DNA of 64,000 nt from Moniliella sp. 'wahieum' (lineage: Eukaryota), in assembly GCA_003971905.1 (NCBI GenBank), contig RSEE01000023.1, positions 1-64,000 on the forward strand. Direction: 5' to 3'. How positions within the stretch are numbered: position 1 is the first letter of the stretch; the number at the start of each line of letters is the position of its first letter. Below the pieces are notes generated by a model that did no database searches, had not been told where the DNA came from, and was given only the letters and a program-made list of their open reading frames with translations. The translations under genes and the position numbers were made by a program. This document shows, one piece after another, positions 1-13,173 of the stretch.

Positions 1-600
1 TCATCTTCTCAAGCGGGTCTTCCTTCTCTGGGCCGTTTATGGTCCGCCCCCACCGCGCACAGTGCCAACGTACTTTCTGTCTCGCTTTCTCCTAATTTGC
101 ACCGCGGCATCAGCGCCGCTGCCGATGGCAAGGTTCACGTGTGGCCACTTGCTCGGGTTCCGGACGTGGCCAGCGCCGAGACTGAACCAAGGCGGGACCA
201 CCTGCTTCCTGACGCGTCCAAAGCCTGGCTTCTCTGTCGGTTTCCAACGACAGCCAACACTGGGGAACTGGCCGGCTCGAGTGCAGGTTTTGGACTGGCG
301 GTTTGACTGCTTGGTGGCCAACGTGATGCGGCAAGGGGAAGAGCAGACGCAACTTTGGCGTTTGGTGTGGGATTGAGTTGTGTTGCCCCTGCAGGCGGAT
401 AGAGTACCTTTGATGTACCGTCCTTTCCATCTGCAGCATGGTAGCAGACAGAGAAGCACCCCAAGCGGAGGGTCCAGGCATAATGGAGCGGCCAACAAGA
501 TGAACTGGCTGGATAAGAGGAAAAACGATGGAAGAACTTCGTGGAAGCGTGACCTATCAACATGCTCCACTGCAGTTTTGGGGATGGGGATGAGGGCAAG
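1..600 (-). CDS. possible 5' part of a hypothetical protein running off the left edge
   Basis: Overlapping low-complexity minus-strand ORFs (135..599, 110..481, 37..570). The GA-rich + strand at 880-1090 would be a CT-rich upstream region on the minus strand. No recognisable motif. Confidence 0.25.
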
Positions 601-1157
601 GTGATGGATTCAGACCCTTCTCTCTACAGGACTCGATGTTCAAGAGGCGAGCCCGACCCTTGCACCTGATCAGAATCAGTCTGCCATTAAGCATCCTGAG
701 GGTCACCACACAGGCCCGTGTAGGTCTCCTAGCGTACTAGTAACTAGTAATCCAGCCAATCTGATTCGTCTTGGGGTATATATGGACACAGATGAGCAAA
801 ATCTACTCACCGACAAACCAGCTCCCCTTCTTCGACCAACGTCCCGACGCAGAAACAACTTTTTCACAAGGGCTGAACGCAAAAAAGGGGAATCGATTGG
901 AGGGACAGATGGGAAGGGAGGAAAAGGAAACGAGTGTGGGAAAGACAGGCGTGTCGTCACGGGTGGTAAGGGAACACGGGCGGTAGTCAAATGGATAAGC
1001 AAAACAAACAAACGATCGAGAGGGGTGCTAGACTCCCCGAGGCCAGACCTGATATCGCGTTGAGATGGGTCGGCCAAGTAAAACAAGAAGAAAAAATAGC
1101 GAACGAGTGGGCTCTTTCAAACATCATCCACATCAACACATCCCCCCATCACCAGAC

Positions 1158-3350
1158 CTACAGCGCGGCCACCGGTGAGAGCTGGTGGGTCAACCGTCTC
1201 AGGAGACTCGTCTTGGGTGCCGGCTCGATGGGCATCATCTCTTGGCGCGGTCGGCGAGGAAAGTGGAAGGCGCCGGGTACCGTTGCCATAGGGCGCCGGC
1301 GCCGGGGGCTCGTATTCCCACACCCGGGTATCGTGGGCATAATCCGACACGGCCCCGCCAGAGCGCTGGGAACGGACACTGCGCCCGCCCGCTGACCGGC
1401 CACCCGACGACAACCGGCGTCCCTGGTCGGACCGTTCCGAGCGCACCGACGGCCGACCGGCCCGAGATGGACCGCGCAGCCGACATGTACTCTGGATTGG
1501 TCTCGAGGTCCTGTGCACCGTCGGCGCCCGTCGCTGCGGTGCTCACCCGCCAAACTCGCTTTGGTCGGCTTGAGTTCCGAGCGCTTGGACCGCTGCGAGC
1601 GGCGGGACGAAGCAACGTCGTCCGCCGACTCAAACGCAGGATCGTAAGTGCGCGCAGAGTGGACACGCCGCTGGAACGGTCCACCGGACGCGCACGCACT
1701 TCGCGTGAAAATAGCTCCGATTGCGGGCGCGGGCGCCCTGCGCCTGAGGCCCCAGCCGAAGCCGCGGTCGTCCCGGGGAGCGGCTACGACCAAGGGAGCG
1801 GGACCGCGGGGCAGACAAAGCAGGGTTCTGGGGCGGCGGCACGGGCCCGCGCGCAGACCGCATTGGTCCCCCCCTTGAATACGGGGCATTTTTCAGGCCA
1901 TCGTCCGAATCCGATTCATACCCACCCGAATGGGCATACGCCTCCAAACACTCTCTCCTCTGAATCGGGACTGGCTCTGAGCGACATGCGACGGGCCATG
2001 GTGGTGATCGAATGCCGCAGGGGAGACCTGTGCCCCTCTTGCCCCAGCTCGCTCTCGTCTCCGCTCGCCTCGTTATAACTCATGCCACGGCTTGGCTTAC
2101 GGCGCCGCTCTGAGTCGGCACCGTCGCGGGGCAAAGCACGAGCGGCCCGGGGGCACCAGTCGCATCTTCCATTCCATAGCCATCCATCTGGTCCAAGGGA
2201 GCGTGCAGGTCATTCGGTTCCGATTCTGAACGAGTCAGTAGAGAGTACCAAAGCTTGGACAGAAAGGATCCACTTACTATTCAGCCCAACTAGCTTGAGG
2301 AAACTCTTGGAGCGCTTGACATGCGGACGCGGGGGTTCCGGCTCCTGAACAACAAGCGGCACATCTTGGAGGTCAGACAGATAGGCTTGGACTACACCCG
2401 AACGTTGCCGCGATGGGGCTTGCGGGCACCGGCACGGAAAGCCGCCTCCATGCTCACCGAGCTCGAGGTGGTCGTCTGACTCTCCTTGTCACTGTGATCG
2501 GGGTGACGGGTCGCCCGGGCTGGCTTAGCAAACTCAGTCCAGGGCTCCTCCGCATGACCCACATATCCGCCATGGGGTTAGTTGAAGCGCGTACTCGTCG
2601 TCTCCGACAGAACGCGGGCCACGGTGAGATGGTGGGGCGCCATGCGAGGCCCTTGCGTGTCAGCTGGGTAAGAGGCTTGGCCTGGGGCCATGTCAGCAAA
2701 AAGGCCACGAGACCCAACCTGGGCATTGTGACTGTGGTACACGCCGCGCTCCTCTGCAGGCTCCATCAAGCCGCGAGCATTGCGGGCGCGGCCCGACTGA
2801 CCAGGGCGCGAAGCAACGTCGGCCGAACTGTGGTGAAACGTGCTCTGACCGCGAATGCCCGTGTTGTCCAGTGTATCAATCACGTCCATACGGGAAGGGC
2901 GACGACCGTTCGAACGTGGCCCGTCTCGAGAAAGCGGGGCGGGGAATGGTTCATCATCGTTCGCATTTGCTGGATCTTCGAGGCCAGCGCCATTTCCCAC
3001 GCGGGACAACGGCGGCGAAAGGCACTGGCAAAGCGTCCCGCACACCTGTATTCGGGGACAGCGCGCCATCCATGTGATTGTCGAGCGGGCTGCTAGGCTC
3101 GGGGCGCGAGTAGGGACTGATGTCGTCGGGAGGGAAGGGATCGGCAAACGAGGAAGAGGGCAGGGGGTGCGCCATTGCGACCGGAGCGCGGACCGGCGGA
3201 GGGCCACCGTAGGCATCGAAGCCATTCTGGTCGGGAGGTAGCGCGCTGGCGGCGTGGGCCACGAGCAGGCCGGTCAAAGCTGGGTTCGTCGTCGAACACG
3301 GGCTGGGGACGGGAGCCGCGAGCGCGTGCACGGGAGATATGGGCGGACAT
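1158..3350 (-). CDS. PAL1: Pal1-family cell morphology/endocytosis protein (frameshifted in assembly)
   Basis: MDVIDTLDNTGIRGQSTFHH (ORF 2578..3225) matches the Pal1 D.ID.LD.TG..G..FHH motif, with a downstream KRSKS motif near 2300-2320. Start MSAHISR at 3350. The rest is Pro/Ser/Arg-rich and split over several frames. Confidence 0.6.
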
Positions 3351-4444
3351 GGCAGATGGGGGGGGGAGGGGTGGCGGGGGGAGGACAAGAAACGATGCGA
3401 GGGCTCTGGGATGTAATGTGCAAAGCGGGGCAGGCGGCGGGGACGGGTGTATGCGGTTGGGCACACTGGTGGGGTGCGGGAGGGGCCGTGAAACCTGAGG
3501 CGCTGGTTGGGGTGTGTGACTTGCCCTGGCCCCCCCGCCTGGCTGCAAAGCAACCCCGCACCCCAGCAGCCGCTGGCACGAGGGCAGTCAGCGCGTTCTA
3601 TCGGCAGACGCAAGGGCACACGCGCAGTGCCGTGCACCCGGCGCCCCGCGAGTGTGTGTCCAAACCACCCCGCAAGGCCATCTGACCCGCAGAGCAGCAT
3701 CCACCGCGCGGGCCAAAGGCGCGCCGGGTAGGGTTGGCGGGCAGCCGGTGGCCGGTGAGCGCGAGCGCCACCGCTGAGCGCCAGCGTGTTGCTCAGCCTC
3801 AGCACTCACTGAGTACTGATGCATGATGCATGATGCAATGCAATCCATGATCCACTGCGGCGCATCGCTGATACATGGCAGTGCTGATCATCAGGCCAGC
3901 CTCCATCCCGCCGACACATTCAGCTTTGTAACATGCAACCCGCAGCCACCAGCGCTTTTACTCAGCCCCCCGCCGCTTGGGCCACCACAAAGCATACGCA
4001 GCACACGCTACCACCCCACCCCAACACCACAAGCATATGGCCTCCTCCGCATCACACCGCCGTCCACACGGCCACTCTCGGCCTATCTGGCCACAGGTCC
4101 TTGCCCCATCGTAGCACATCTGGCCATCCCACCGCCACCGTCGTTTGTTTCGCGTTCGTTGGGAGCGCGTCCCCAGGATCCCCGGGGGACCCCTGCCTCC
4201 GCGGGCGAGTTGTGGCTGGCAACCCGCACCCATTAAGGATGGCACCCAGGCAAAAACACAGCCGCTCTGAGACACTCGTTTGCACCGAACGCTGGTAGGG
4301 GCCACCAAGGGCGGAATGTGTCTCCGTTCCGCGCGTGCTTCGAACTGGCTACGCCTGGCGCGTGGGTGTGGTGGCCGCTGGGCGTCGCACAGACGCTGGC
4401 CAGCGTGGTCGGTGCGTGCCCAGCGTCCACCATCCTCACCTGCA

Positions 4445-5150
4445 ATGTCCTTGGCCCTGCACACTGTTGGCGCCACAACAGGCTTCCTGGGTGCCGTCGG
4501 TGCCTACCTGCTCTTCACTGGCAATGGTGAGGCGTTCAACCCAGGCCAGTTCCTCGAGGACACCTCCCCTTACGCTTGGGCCATGCTCGGCATTGGCATG
4601 TGCATTGGTCTCTCGGTCGTCGGGGCTGGCTGGGGCATCTACGTCACCGGTGCCTCCATTCTTGGTGCCGGTGTCCGTACCCGAGGATTACGACCAAGAA
4701 TCTCATCTCGATCATCTTTTGTGAAGTGGTCGCCATCTATGGTGTGATCATGACCATCGTCTTTAGCGCCAAGATCAACGGTAACCTCCAGGCCGGACTC
4801 GACACATTGTTCACCAAGGAAAACTACTTTACCGGTAGGTACCTGGTGCCTCCCCTCTTCTTTTTTCTTCCTTCTTTCCTAGTCTTCCTGTTTGGTTATT
4901 GACACTCTCATTCCCCTTCAGGCCCCTGCTCTTCTGGGGCGGTTTGACGGTGGGCGCGTGCAACTTGATTTGCGGTGCGGCAGTAGGCGTGACAGGTGCC
5001 AACGCGGCCGTGGCGGATGCGGCGGATCCGCAGCTGTTTGTCAAGATTCTGATTGTCGAGGTGTTTAGTTCCATTCTCGGCTTGTTTGGCTTGATCATCG
5101 GTCTCATCCTCACCTCGCGCGCCAAGGATTTTGGCACCGAGCCGTTCTAA
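4445..5150 (+). CDS. VMA16: V-ATPase V0 proteolipid subunit c''
   Basis: [58 protein letters not shown] and [30 protein letters not shown]. Intron at about 4835-4921. Confidence 0.95.
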
Positions 5151-5337
5151 CTGCTCCCCTGCCCCCGGCCATCCCTTTGGGCAAAACCCACACCGGAGCG
5201 CATGTGTGGGGGCTCGTTGGCTTCGATGCGCTTCCGCTCCATCTTTTCTTCTCTCTCTCCTTCCCCCCCGCTCTCCCCGTCTACTGCATGCGATCCAATC
5301 CCAGGAGCATTATAGATTCGAGATGGGGACTGGTATC

Positions 5338-6637
5338 TTACTCATGCGCCGGATGGGTCACCCCGGCAACAGGGGGTACCCCCAGCTCAGCCAACATGGT
5401 GGGAACGCTAATCGGGTCCTTGGCTAGCGCCTCGGCCTCTTCCGGACTGCGCACGAGGATCATGCCGGCATAGCCTTTTTCAGGGGGTTAGCGGGAGCGA
5501 TAGCACAGCAGAAGGAACGTACCCATTGCGTTCACACTGAGCTGGCCCAGTTTTTTCTCATTGACCTCGCCCCATTTACCAGGAAGCGTGTATACCTCGC
5601 GAGAGCGAGGGATGAGGTGCATAGCGCGTCGCGAGAGAAGCATATTGAAAGAACCAAACTTGCTCTGGGGTGCCGTTGGACTGACATCTTGGTAGCAGCC
5701 TTGTGGGTCCGCTTGGTTCTTGGTGTCGAGCAAGTCGACCAAACGCTGCATCAGGTACATTTCCGCCCCTTTCTTCTTCAGCTCAACTGGGTCGATCAGA
5801 GCCACATAGTGCTGCCACGGAACAGGCAGGGCATGTACATGTCCTACTCGCAGGTCCACGGTCAGCGTCAGCGCGTCCACCCTCAACTTCGGCAAACATA
5901 ATCAACAGATGGCGGCACCGGTGGATGTGAACATACGAAATTCAGACCCGTCCCGCTCGATCGAGGTGAGGAGACGTTCGATGGGGATCGTGCCCTCGGC
6001 ATCATCGGCCGGGGGATGCTCGTCCGGGGGATGCTCGTCCGGATCCACCCGTCTGGCAACATTTCCTCTCGCCGCACCTCGATCAACTGAAGGTGACAGT
6101 GTTTTTGCGATGCGCCTGACTCCCAACCACAATTGAAGAAGGCCATCATCTCCTCCTCAGCCGGGTCGCCATGGAAACCAGCAACGAAGCGATACGCTTC
6201 GGTCAGCAGTGCGGGGGGAGGCGGCAGGTTCTGGGGCACAAACTCCTTGGTAACCAGCAGGCGTGCCGTGGCACAACACAGTACTTGTTAGGAGCACAAT
6301 GCCCCCTCGGGTTCCGTCTCACTGACGAGCAAGTTGGGCACATAGGGCGGCGCAAACGGATCCACTTTGTTCTGCCCCCACTGGCCGGCTTGACTGCATT
6401 GGGCGTGGGCTTTGCAACAGCGCAGGTACCTCTCGTACAACAAAATCAATGTCGAGCGTCTTAATCTCGCGGTCTTCGGGTTTGGCATCGGGGGTGCAGA
6501 CGGGGTGCGGCAGCCTCCTGTGGGTGGCAGGCTGAGTCAGGACGCGCACGCTGGAGGGGAAGTAGAAGGCGTCGCCGGCAGCGAGGGCGAGTCGTACTGC
6601 TGGCGACCTTTTTGCGAAGCTGGGCAGCGGTGGACAT
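5338..6637 (-). CDS. APA2: Ap4A phosphorylase / ATP adenylyltransferase (Apa1/Apa2 family)
   Basis: FFNCGWESGASQKHCHLQ (HxHxQ motif), DPFAPPYVPNL, FNMLLSRRAMHLIPRSRE and LSVNAMG. A short intron lies near the 3' end. Confidence 0.88.
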
Positions 6638-7045
6638 GGTGCGGGCCGCTGAAGGCGAACGGGGTGGGGAAGGAGGGGACGGGGCGCGGCAGGCGCGAAG
6701 GCGCAGCGGTGGGGGGGTGGGGCCCGACGAGGGCGCAGCTGGCGCAGACAGCCAATCATAAACAACAGGAGTAGGCCGCAGGCGTTGGGCGCGAGAGACG
6801 CCGCTCGGGGGCTCGGAGCAGAGCAGGAGGGTCAAGACGGGCGTGAACATTTCAGGCGGGGCGGCGCCGAGGGGCTGAGGATGCCCGAATGGCGAAGCTT
6901 GGAGCTTGAGGGAGCCAGCAGGCGGCGGAGCTTGCCGCGGATCGAAGGAGGCTTGATCATTGAATATGATCATTGCACCCCTCGGCCTCGCCCGCCCGGA
7001 CAGTCTTCGAGCGGAGCGCCCCCCCTCCTGCGCCCCCGACCACCC

Positions 7046-8429
7046 ATGGATGCTGGAGGACTGTCGAGGCGACGCGCTCATGGCCGCCGCTCCGTCCCCG
7101 CCGGCCCAGATGGCGATGGGCCCCAGGACGATGCCTCGCCCGATCTGCACATGCTCTCCCCCACCTCTCGTCCCCGCCCTCCGCCCGGGCAGCCACCGCC
7201 CCCCACACCTACCGCCTCCCGGACTCGGACCACCCCATTGCGTTTGACCCACGCGACCTCGCCGATGGCGGTGTCCCAGCGGCGCCCCCGGCCACCCCGG
7301 CTGACCATCATGGAGGAAGTGCTGCTGCTGGGCATGAAGGATCATGCGGGCTACCTCTCCTTTTGGAACGACAGCATCTCCTACTCGCTCCGCGGTGCTG
7401 TCCTGCTCGAGCTGGCCCTGCGTGGACGCATTAGGATCGCACAAGATCCGCAGCGCTATGACTGGGCTGTGCAGGAGCGAGCGCTCGAAGTCGCGTCGCG
7501 GCAGCCAACGGGCGATGTGCTGCTGGACGAGACGTTGCGCCACATGGCGCTGTACGAGGCCAAACAGACAGCCCTCGGCATCTACAAGCGCAAGTCCTGT
7601 GTTCAGTGGACCGATGTTCTTGCTGGAGAGACATGGGACCCAAAGCAGATCACGTACCAGCTCCGGGCCGTTCGAGAGCGCCTGGCCAAGGGCTTGGTCG
7701 ACAAGGGCGTCCTCCGCACCGAAAAGTCCACCATCCTCTTCTTTGACGTGACCACCCACCCCCTGGAAGATGTGGCGGCGAAGCAAGCCGTAGTGCGCAG
7801 GGTGCATTCCATACTCGTGTCCCCCAAAGTCAAGCCAGGGAGAGATGTGTCTCCATGGGAATTAACCTCGACTCGCTCTACACCGAGGAACACGACCCTG
7901 TACCTTTACCGGTCATACGAGCCCTTTGTACGTCTGCGCAGCGTTGGCGGCCAATGTGTTGGAAAATGCGTTGGTCAACCTCAGCTTTACCGGCGAGAGG
8001 CGGCGTTTGAGCGGGCGGACGCGTTGATTGCCGAACTGGGGCAGTGGCCGATGGCTCCCACCTTGCCAATGGGCAACATTGGCGATCCCTCCCGTCCAAA
8101 GAGCTACCGGCCACCACGGATGCGGCCAGGAGAAGCAAGCACGTCATGCCTAGCAGTCTTGCCGCCGGCAGCGTAGCCCAGTCAGAACCCGATGAAGGGA
8201 CTGATGAGGGGCGATCCACCTTGGCCCTCAATTCTCTGCTGGCCATGGTGCGGGACGAGATGGAAGCGGCGGGAGGAGCGGTAGCCGAGGGTCAATTCGA
8301 AGCGATCGCAGGCATCTTGGGTGCTTTGGCCCGAATGGATTGCCTTGTACGTGTCACATGGAACCATGTAACCCCTCTTGATGGATCCCATGTGTACCCC
8401 AGTACTAACCTATCCACGTTCAGATTTGA
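7046..8429 (+). CDS. VPS74: Golgi phosphoprotein 3 / Vps74 (GPP34 domain)
   Basis: N-terminal GLSRRR, then RLTIMEEVLLLGMKDHAGYLSFWNDSISYSLRGAVLLELALRGRI, TGDVLLDETL and VRERLAKGLVDKGVLRTEK. Confidence 0.93.
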
Positions 8430-9020
8430 CCCTATCATGCCAATACCCAGCCCCCCTCCCTTACGTCCCGTTGCATTATGCTTCCAACGTTTTTTGCATC
8501 CTTCATTGTTCGGCCCGACTGGCCCATCCTTCTTTCGTCTCTCACATGCAGCCGATCTAAATGACCTTCCACCCCTCTCGCTCACCCTTGCTTCTTAGCT
8601 CCTACGCATGCCAAGCGCCATCATCCCCCCGATTTCCCCCGCACGCCCATGCAATGGGGACATCGTGCAACTATGCCCTCCCATTTGACGTGGTCTTGCT
8701 ACCTATCCCTAGGCGCGAAGAGGCCTTCGACGCACAAACTCTCAGCAACAGCAGCATCGCATGGTGCGCCCCAACCCACACGCCTGCGCCCACCTAGTTG
8801 TATCAACTCCGTGTCGCGCACACACCCACTGTCCCTTGTTTCGTCGGTCGGCAAGCTATCAGTGTAGCACTCTGGTGGTAGAAGTCGCAGTGTGGAAAGG
8901 AACATACCCCGGTGACCCGGCCAAGGTGAGCAAGGAAGCAATTTGAAAATGGGAATGGGAAAGAGCATCCGCACTAGCCACTGCGCCATTGTCGTTGCCA
9001 GTCGAAAAGTGGGCAGGGAT

Positions 9021-9510
9021 CTCTAGATCGCGTCTATTTCATTGACAGAGCTTAAGGCTGGGACAGGGGAAACGCTACGTCTAAACCGAACCGTTCATCT
9101 TGCGGGGGTTACTTGGAAGCGTCACTAAGGTCAAGGAACCAGGGGGATCGCCAGGATATCAGGATCCTCCGGTTCTCGCCATCCGGTCCCGTATACCCTA
9201 GGAAGCGCGTGTGGACACGGATGAACGTGGTTGACATCCGAGCGAGGAACTATTTCCACTGAGACTTAGTCGCCAAATTCTCCCAATGCGCAAACAACTT
9301 GCCCTCCGTCTTGGTGCCGTAGTATCCTCGCGTCGTCAAAACCAGGGGGGAAAACGGCTCTTGAGTGCGTCTCTGGTACTTGGTGTTCTTGTCGCATTCT
9401 GCTTGTTCAAGCAGCCGAAGCAGCTCCTTCTCCCGGCGTTCCAAGGGAGTTGCGGTGCTCTCATGCACCACCCTCCGGTACGCGCTCTGCGCCTCCAGCG
9501 ACCCCGTGTC
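9021..9510 (-). mobile_element. 5'-truncated non-LTR retrotransposon fragment (RLE-type, CRE-like), copy 1
   Basis: The minus frame encodes AECDKNTKYQ..FSPLVLTTRGYYG (RLE C-terminal K..KY...F.PLV.T.G motif). Clear DNA similarity to 23914-24420 and, inverted, to 25901-26111. Confidence 0.75.
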
Positions 9511-10068
9511 TTGTTACTTTTCCCCCTGAGTTGACACACAGGGGGAGGGAGGATGACGGATTGTGATGGATCCATTACTGTTAAGGTGGACCGGGACTGA
9601 TGTAGTCTCCCAGAGTGGGAAGGACAATCGTTTTCGACAAGAATGGTTCGATAGTAGCAATGACGAGAAGAAGCGCAAGTATCATTCAGATATACTGAAG
9701 GTGGCTTCCACCTTGGGACCACATCATGCCGTCCGTGTATGTGGCACTTTGCTAACACCCTCACCGAACCCAACGTCCCTCTGTTTGCAAGGCGCAACAA
9801 CACTTAACCTCTCTAACGAAGAGGGCGTGGCCAAGAGAGGAATCGCTACAAGTCTCACCCCTACTAATATCTATACCTGACAGAAAGCCTGCTGTTGTTG
9901 GCAACGCGAGGAAGTGGATTTTGCAAGAACTGGCTCTCGGATTAGTTGAATCGAACGAGCTTCCCAAACGGGGGAGGTGTGCAGAATGATGTGGAAAGAA
10001 CAAATACTGAAAGGTGCAGAAGAGATTGAGGGGATGCCGTTGAGGGTGTGTGGGGGATGGGGTTGGAA

Positions 10069-11285
10069 TTAAATTGTTGCCGCTGCGCTGCCCCATCCCA
10101 GTCCAGCTGCAGCCCGAAGGAGTTCGCGGGTACGCATCAACGCCTTGCCTTGCTCGTTCTTCCCTCGGAACGAGTGTTGTACCGTGGAAGTGTGCAGGCG
10201 AGGCCGTGAAGGCTTCGGAGGGGCCCCGAAATGCACTCCCCTTGACGCGACGGGTAGGCCTTCGAGACTAGGATGTGTTTCCTCACTGCTTGGCAAAGGC
10301 AACCCGAGGGGCGACGGTCGTAGGGAAACGGAAGGGGGGGTATCTGCGTGGTCTTCCTTTTGGTCAGATCCATCATTCTCTAGTGTCTCTTGGTTCTCCT
10401 CGTCGTGGTCGCGAGGGTCGATCGTGTCGGAAGTGGAAGCCGACACCTCCTCATTCACGCTTGGACTTCTTGGCGACCGGGATCGAGCCGCGGCGGCTTC
10501 CTGGGCTGCTTCTTTGGCTCGTGCCGCCCGCTGTGCCGCTGAAAGCGCCGATCGTGACCGGCCTCGCGATGGAACAGGCGTATCGAGCTGGGATAGGCTC
10601 ACTCCCGCGCCCCAAAATACTTCCGAGGGCGTGGCATAAACAATCAGTGCGTCCCCCGTCTCGAGCAGGCGAAGGCTCAGGTCAGAATGTTGGGTAAACT
10701 TGAGTAGCAACACCCGGTCCATTGCCGCTACATTCAATCGATCTCTCATCCAACCACGCTCGACGTAGGCGGAATGTTGATGTGCGACCCGACGTGCGTC
10801 TTGCGGCGTTGCCTGCCGCCGCACTTTGTGTGCCACCTCAGGATGGGCGGTAAACTTGAGCGCTTGAAACAAGTGTTCTGTGGCGTACGAATGAGCGGAC
10901 GAACCTGGATGCAGGAGAGTGGATACGTACCAGCCGTAGGATAGCGGACTCCGTCCAAGTAAACGGGATGGTCCGAATCGGGCGACAGCCAAAAGTTCGG
11001 CGCACCCTTGTGGTGGAAGGCAATCCGCATAGGGTTCCGACTAGAATCATACAGGACACCGTTGGCGATAAAGGGAGTCTTGTCCAGGACAGGCTTGGGC
11101 GCTGCCCCAGCCACGGAGGAGGAAGCCGTAGAGATAGATTCCGATTGCGAGTCCGGCTGGGAAAGGACTGGCGAATCGATGGGGGACAAGAGCTCAGGGG
11201 AAGGAAGTGCGGGTTCAGAGGCTTCCGCTGGCGGTTCCGACGTAGTCTTAGACTTGCGCCGAAGCAAGCTGGAGAGGCTGGGCAT
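10069..11285 (-). CDS. NADAR (YbiA/DUF1768) domain protein with disordered N-terminus and internal insertion
   Basis: HPVYLDGVRYPTA, intron 10878-10930 (GTACGT..CAG), then EHLFQALKF, MDRVLLLKFTQH, LLETGDALIV...FWGAG and GKNEQGKALMRTRELL. Confidence 0.88.
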
Positions 11286-12655
11286 GGATGGGATGCGGTG
11301 GTGGTGGTGGCTCTGAGTATTCAAGGTTCAGGAGGAAATGCAAGAGAGCATGCCATAAATGACACAGACAGAAACAGAACAGTCGGCAAGAAGCGAGGGG
11401 CGCCAGCTGAGTCGGATGCTTCGCAGGAACACTGTTGGTGGGGGTGGTCGGTCAGTAGCTTGCCGCCTCAAGCCTTCCAGTTGATGATTGCCATTCAACA
11501 GGAGGTCTGCTCAGCCGCTCCCCGAACGCCTCCGCGGCTGGCGGCACTTTTTGCCGCAGCTGTTGTTCACGGCTTGATGAGGCCGAGGGATCAACGTTCG
11601 GCGCGCTCAGCCTGAGCGCCTCGGCCTGAGGCCCGGGGCATGAGACCTGAGGCTCAGCAGAAAACGACTGGCTCGTTTGTAGTCCACGCCACTGCCAGCC
11701 CGCCAGAGCACGCCATCGCATCGCCATCCACCATTTTTATACTCCGCTCACAGTCTGTCCATCTTTTGCGGACATGTACATAGCCGGCAACAATTAGCTA
11801 GTTACTAGTTGCTAGTTACGCGCTACGACCCAGCACATCACTGGGTATTAGCTGGTCACCGTCACCCGGAGGCGTTCTGACGCGCTGACGCCTGAAAGGC
11901 CCACACCTATGCCAGCCCCACGCCCTGGGCAGTCTCAGGGCAGTTCGGCACGCTCTTGGCTCGGGGCACAGCTGCGCAGCGCGTCCAGGGGGAGGCCTAC
12001 TATAAAAGGCTGCGTCCGTCGGGAACGTGTGATCACGCGATTGGTGATCGATTGGTCCTCGTCGCAGCGCCACCACCGTTCAAAACGCGGTACGTGTGGG
12101 CACCGCACAAATCAGCAGAGGCTTGCTGAACGCACGTTCAACGTACCTTGGACATTACAGAAGACGTAGACGCCCCTGTCCAGGGGAAGGCGCGACGAGC
12201 AGACAAGGCCGATGCGTTGGTGGTCAGCGTCGAGGAAGCGGTCTTGGTGGCGGCGGCGGAAAGTCTGTTTGTAATGGCTTACCACTAGAGAGAGAACCCG
12301 GGGGACGCCTCGAAAGAGGAATTGCGTGCTGCGGTAATAATTGGTGCTGGGCGACAGACCACTCAACCGGCGCGCAAGGTAGCAACGGCTGAGCTGAGCT
12401 CAGCCTGAGCAGTGCGCCGGGACATGAGCCTGGGTGCTGATATAAGCAGCACTCCAGTTGGATGCCGTTCAATGTTTCACTTCCCGCCCCATTCCGCCCC
12501 GAGCGGAAGGATGAGCTTCGCGAGAGTGGGTTTGCCAAGCAGGTGGACGCGCTCGATGGCGGATGCCTGGCTGGAGCCGGGGCGGCCGGCGGGCGGCCAC
12601 CTCTTCCTCCCCACCCAACTCCGTCTGCCCAGCCGACGAGCTTCTGTTGTCCACC

Positions 12656-13065
12656 ATGGCGTCGGTAACAGGCATGCCGGTCAACCGCATCCTGCGGGAT
12701 ATGAACCGTCGCACTCAGTTCGCGTCCAACGAGCTGATGCGCATGACGTACAAATACATTGCTCGCAACACCACCCTCCCGCCGCCTGTGCGCCACCAGG
12801 CTCAGCTAAGCTCAATCAAGTTCCCCAAGAACGCGGCCCGGCCCGTTTTCAAGTCGCGCTGCACTGCCTCAGGCAAGGGTCATTCCGTCTTCACCAATGT
12901 CGGCCTCTCTCGGGTACGTGCGCTTGGGCTGGCACCCTGGTGCTACCTACTGCTCCATCTCGTTGGGAATCCCTGCTGACTTGACTCCTTCGTGTCCTCC
13001 AGCCCCAATTCCGCCACCAGGCGTTGGCTGGCATGATCCCTGGCGTGGAAAAGGCGTCATGGTAA
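12656..13065 (+). CDS. MRP2: mitochondrial ribosomal protein uS14m
   Basis: RDMNRR...RNTTLP..VR..AQL, FKSRCTASGKGHSV..VGLSR, an intron at about 12914-13002, then QFRHQALAGMIPGVEKASW*. Confidence 0.9.
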
Positions 13066-13173
13066 TTGATAGTCCCCACCTGTGGAAATGCGAACAAAGA
13101 GGAGCGTGTGTCCAAGAAGGAGGTTTCTGAACATAATGCTCAGGTGGGCGGCCTTTGGCACTGCCCACATGTG

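Noticed and set aside
9563..9880. Plus-strand ORF with EKKRKY resembling an RLE motif
   Set aside because: It has no supporting D..D or F.P motifs and no DNA similarity to the other copies, so it is too weak to call.
12001..12360. ncRNA (RNase P/MRP-like GGAAAGUC...GGCUUA) downstream of TATAAAAG
   Set aside because: The two motif-like pieces are only ~10 nt apart, far too close for CR-I and CR-V, and no supporting helices were seen.
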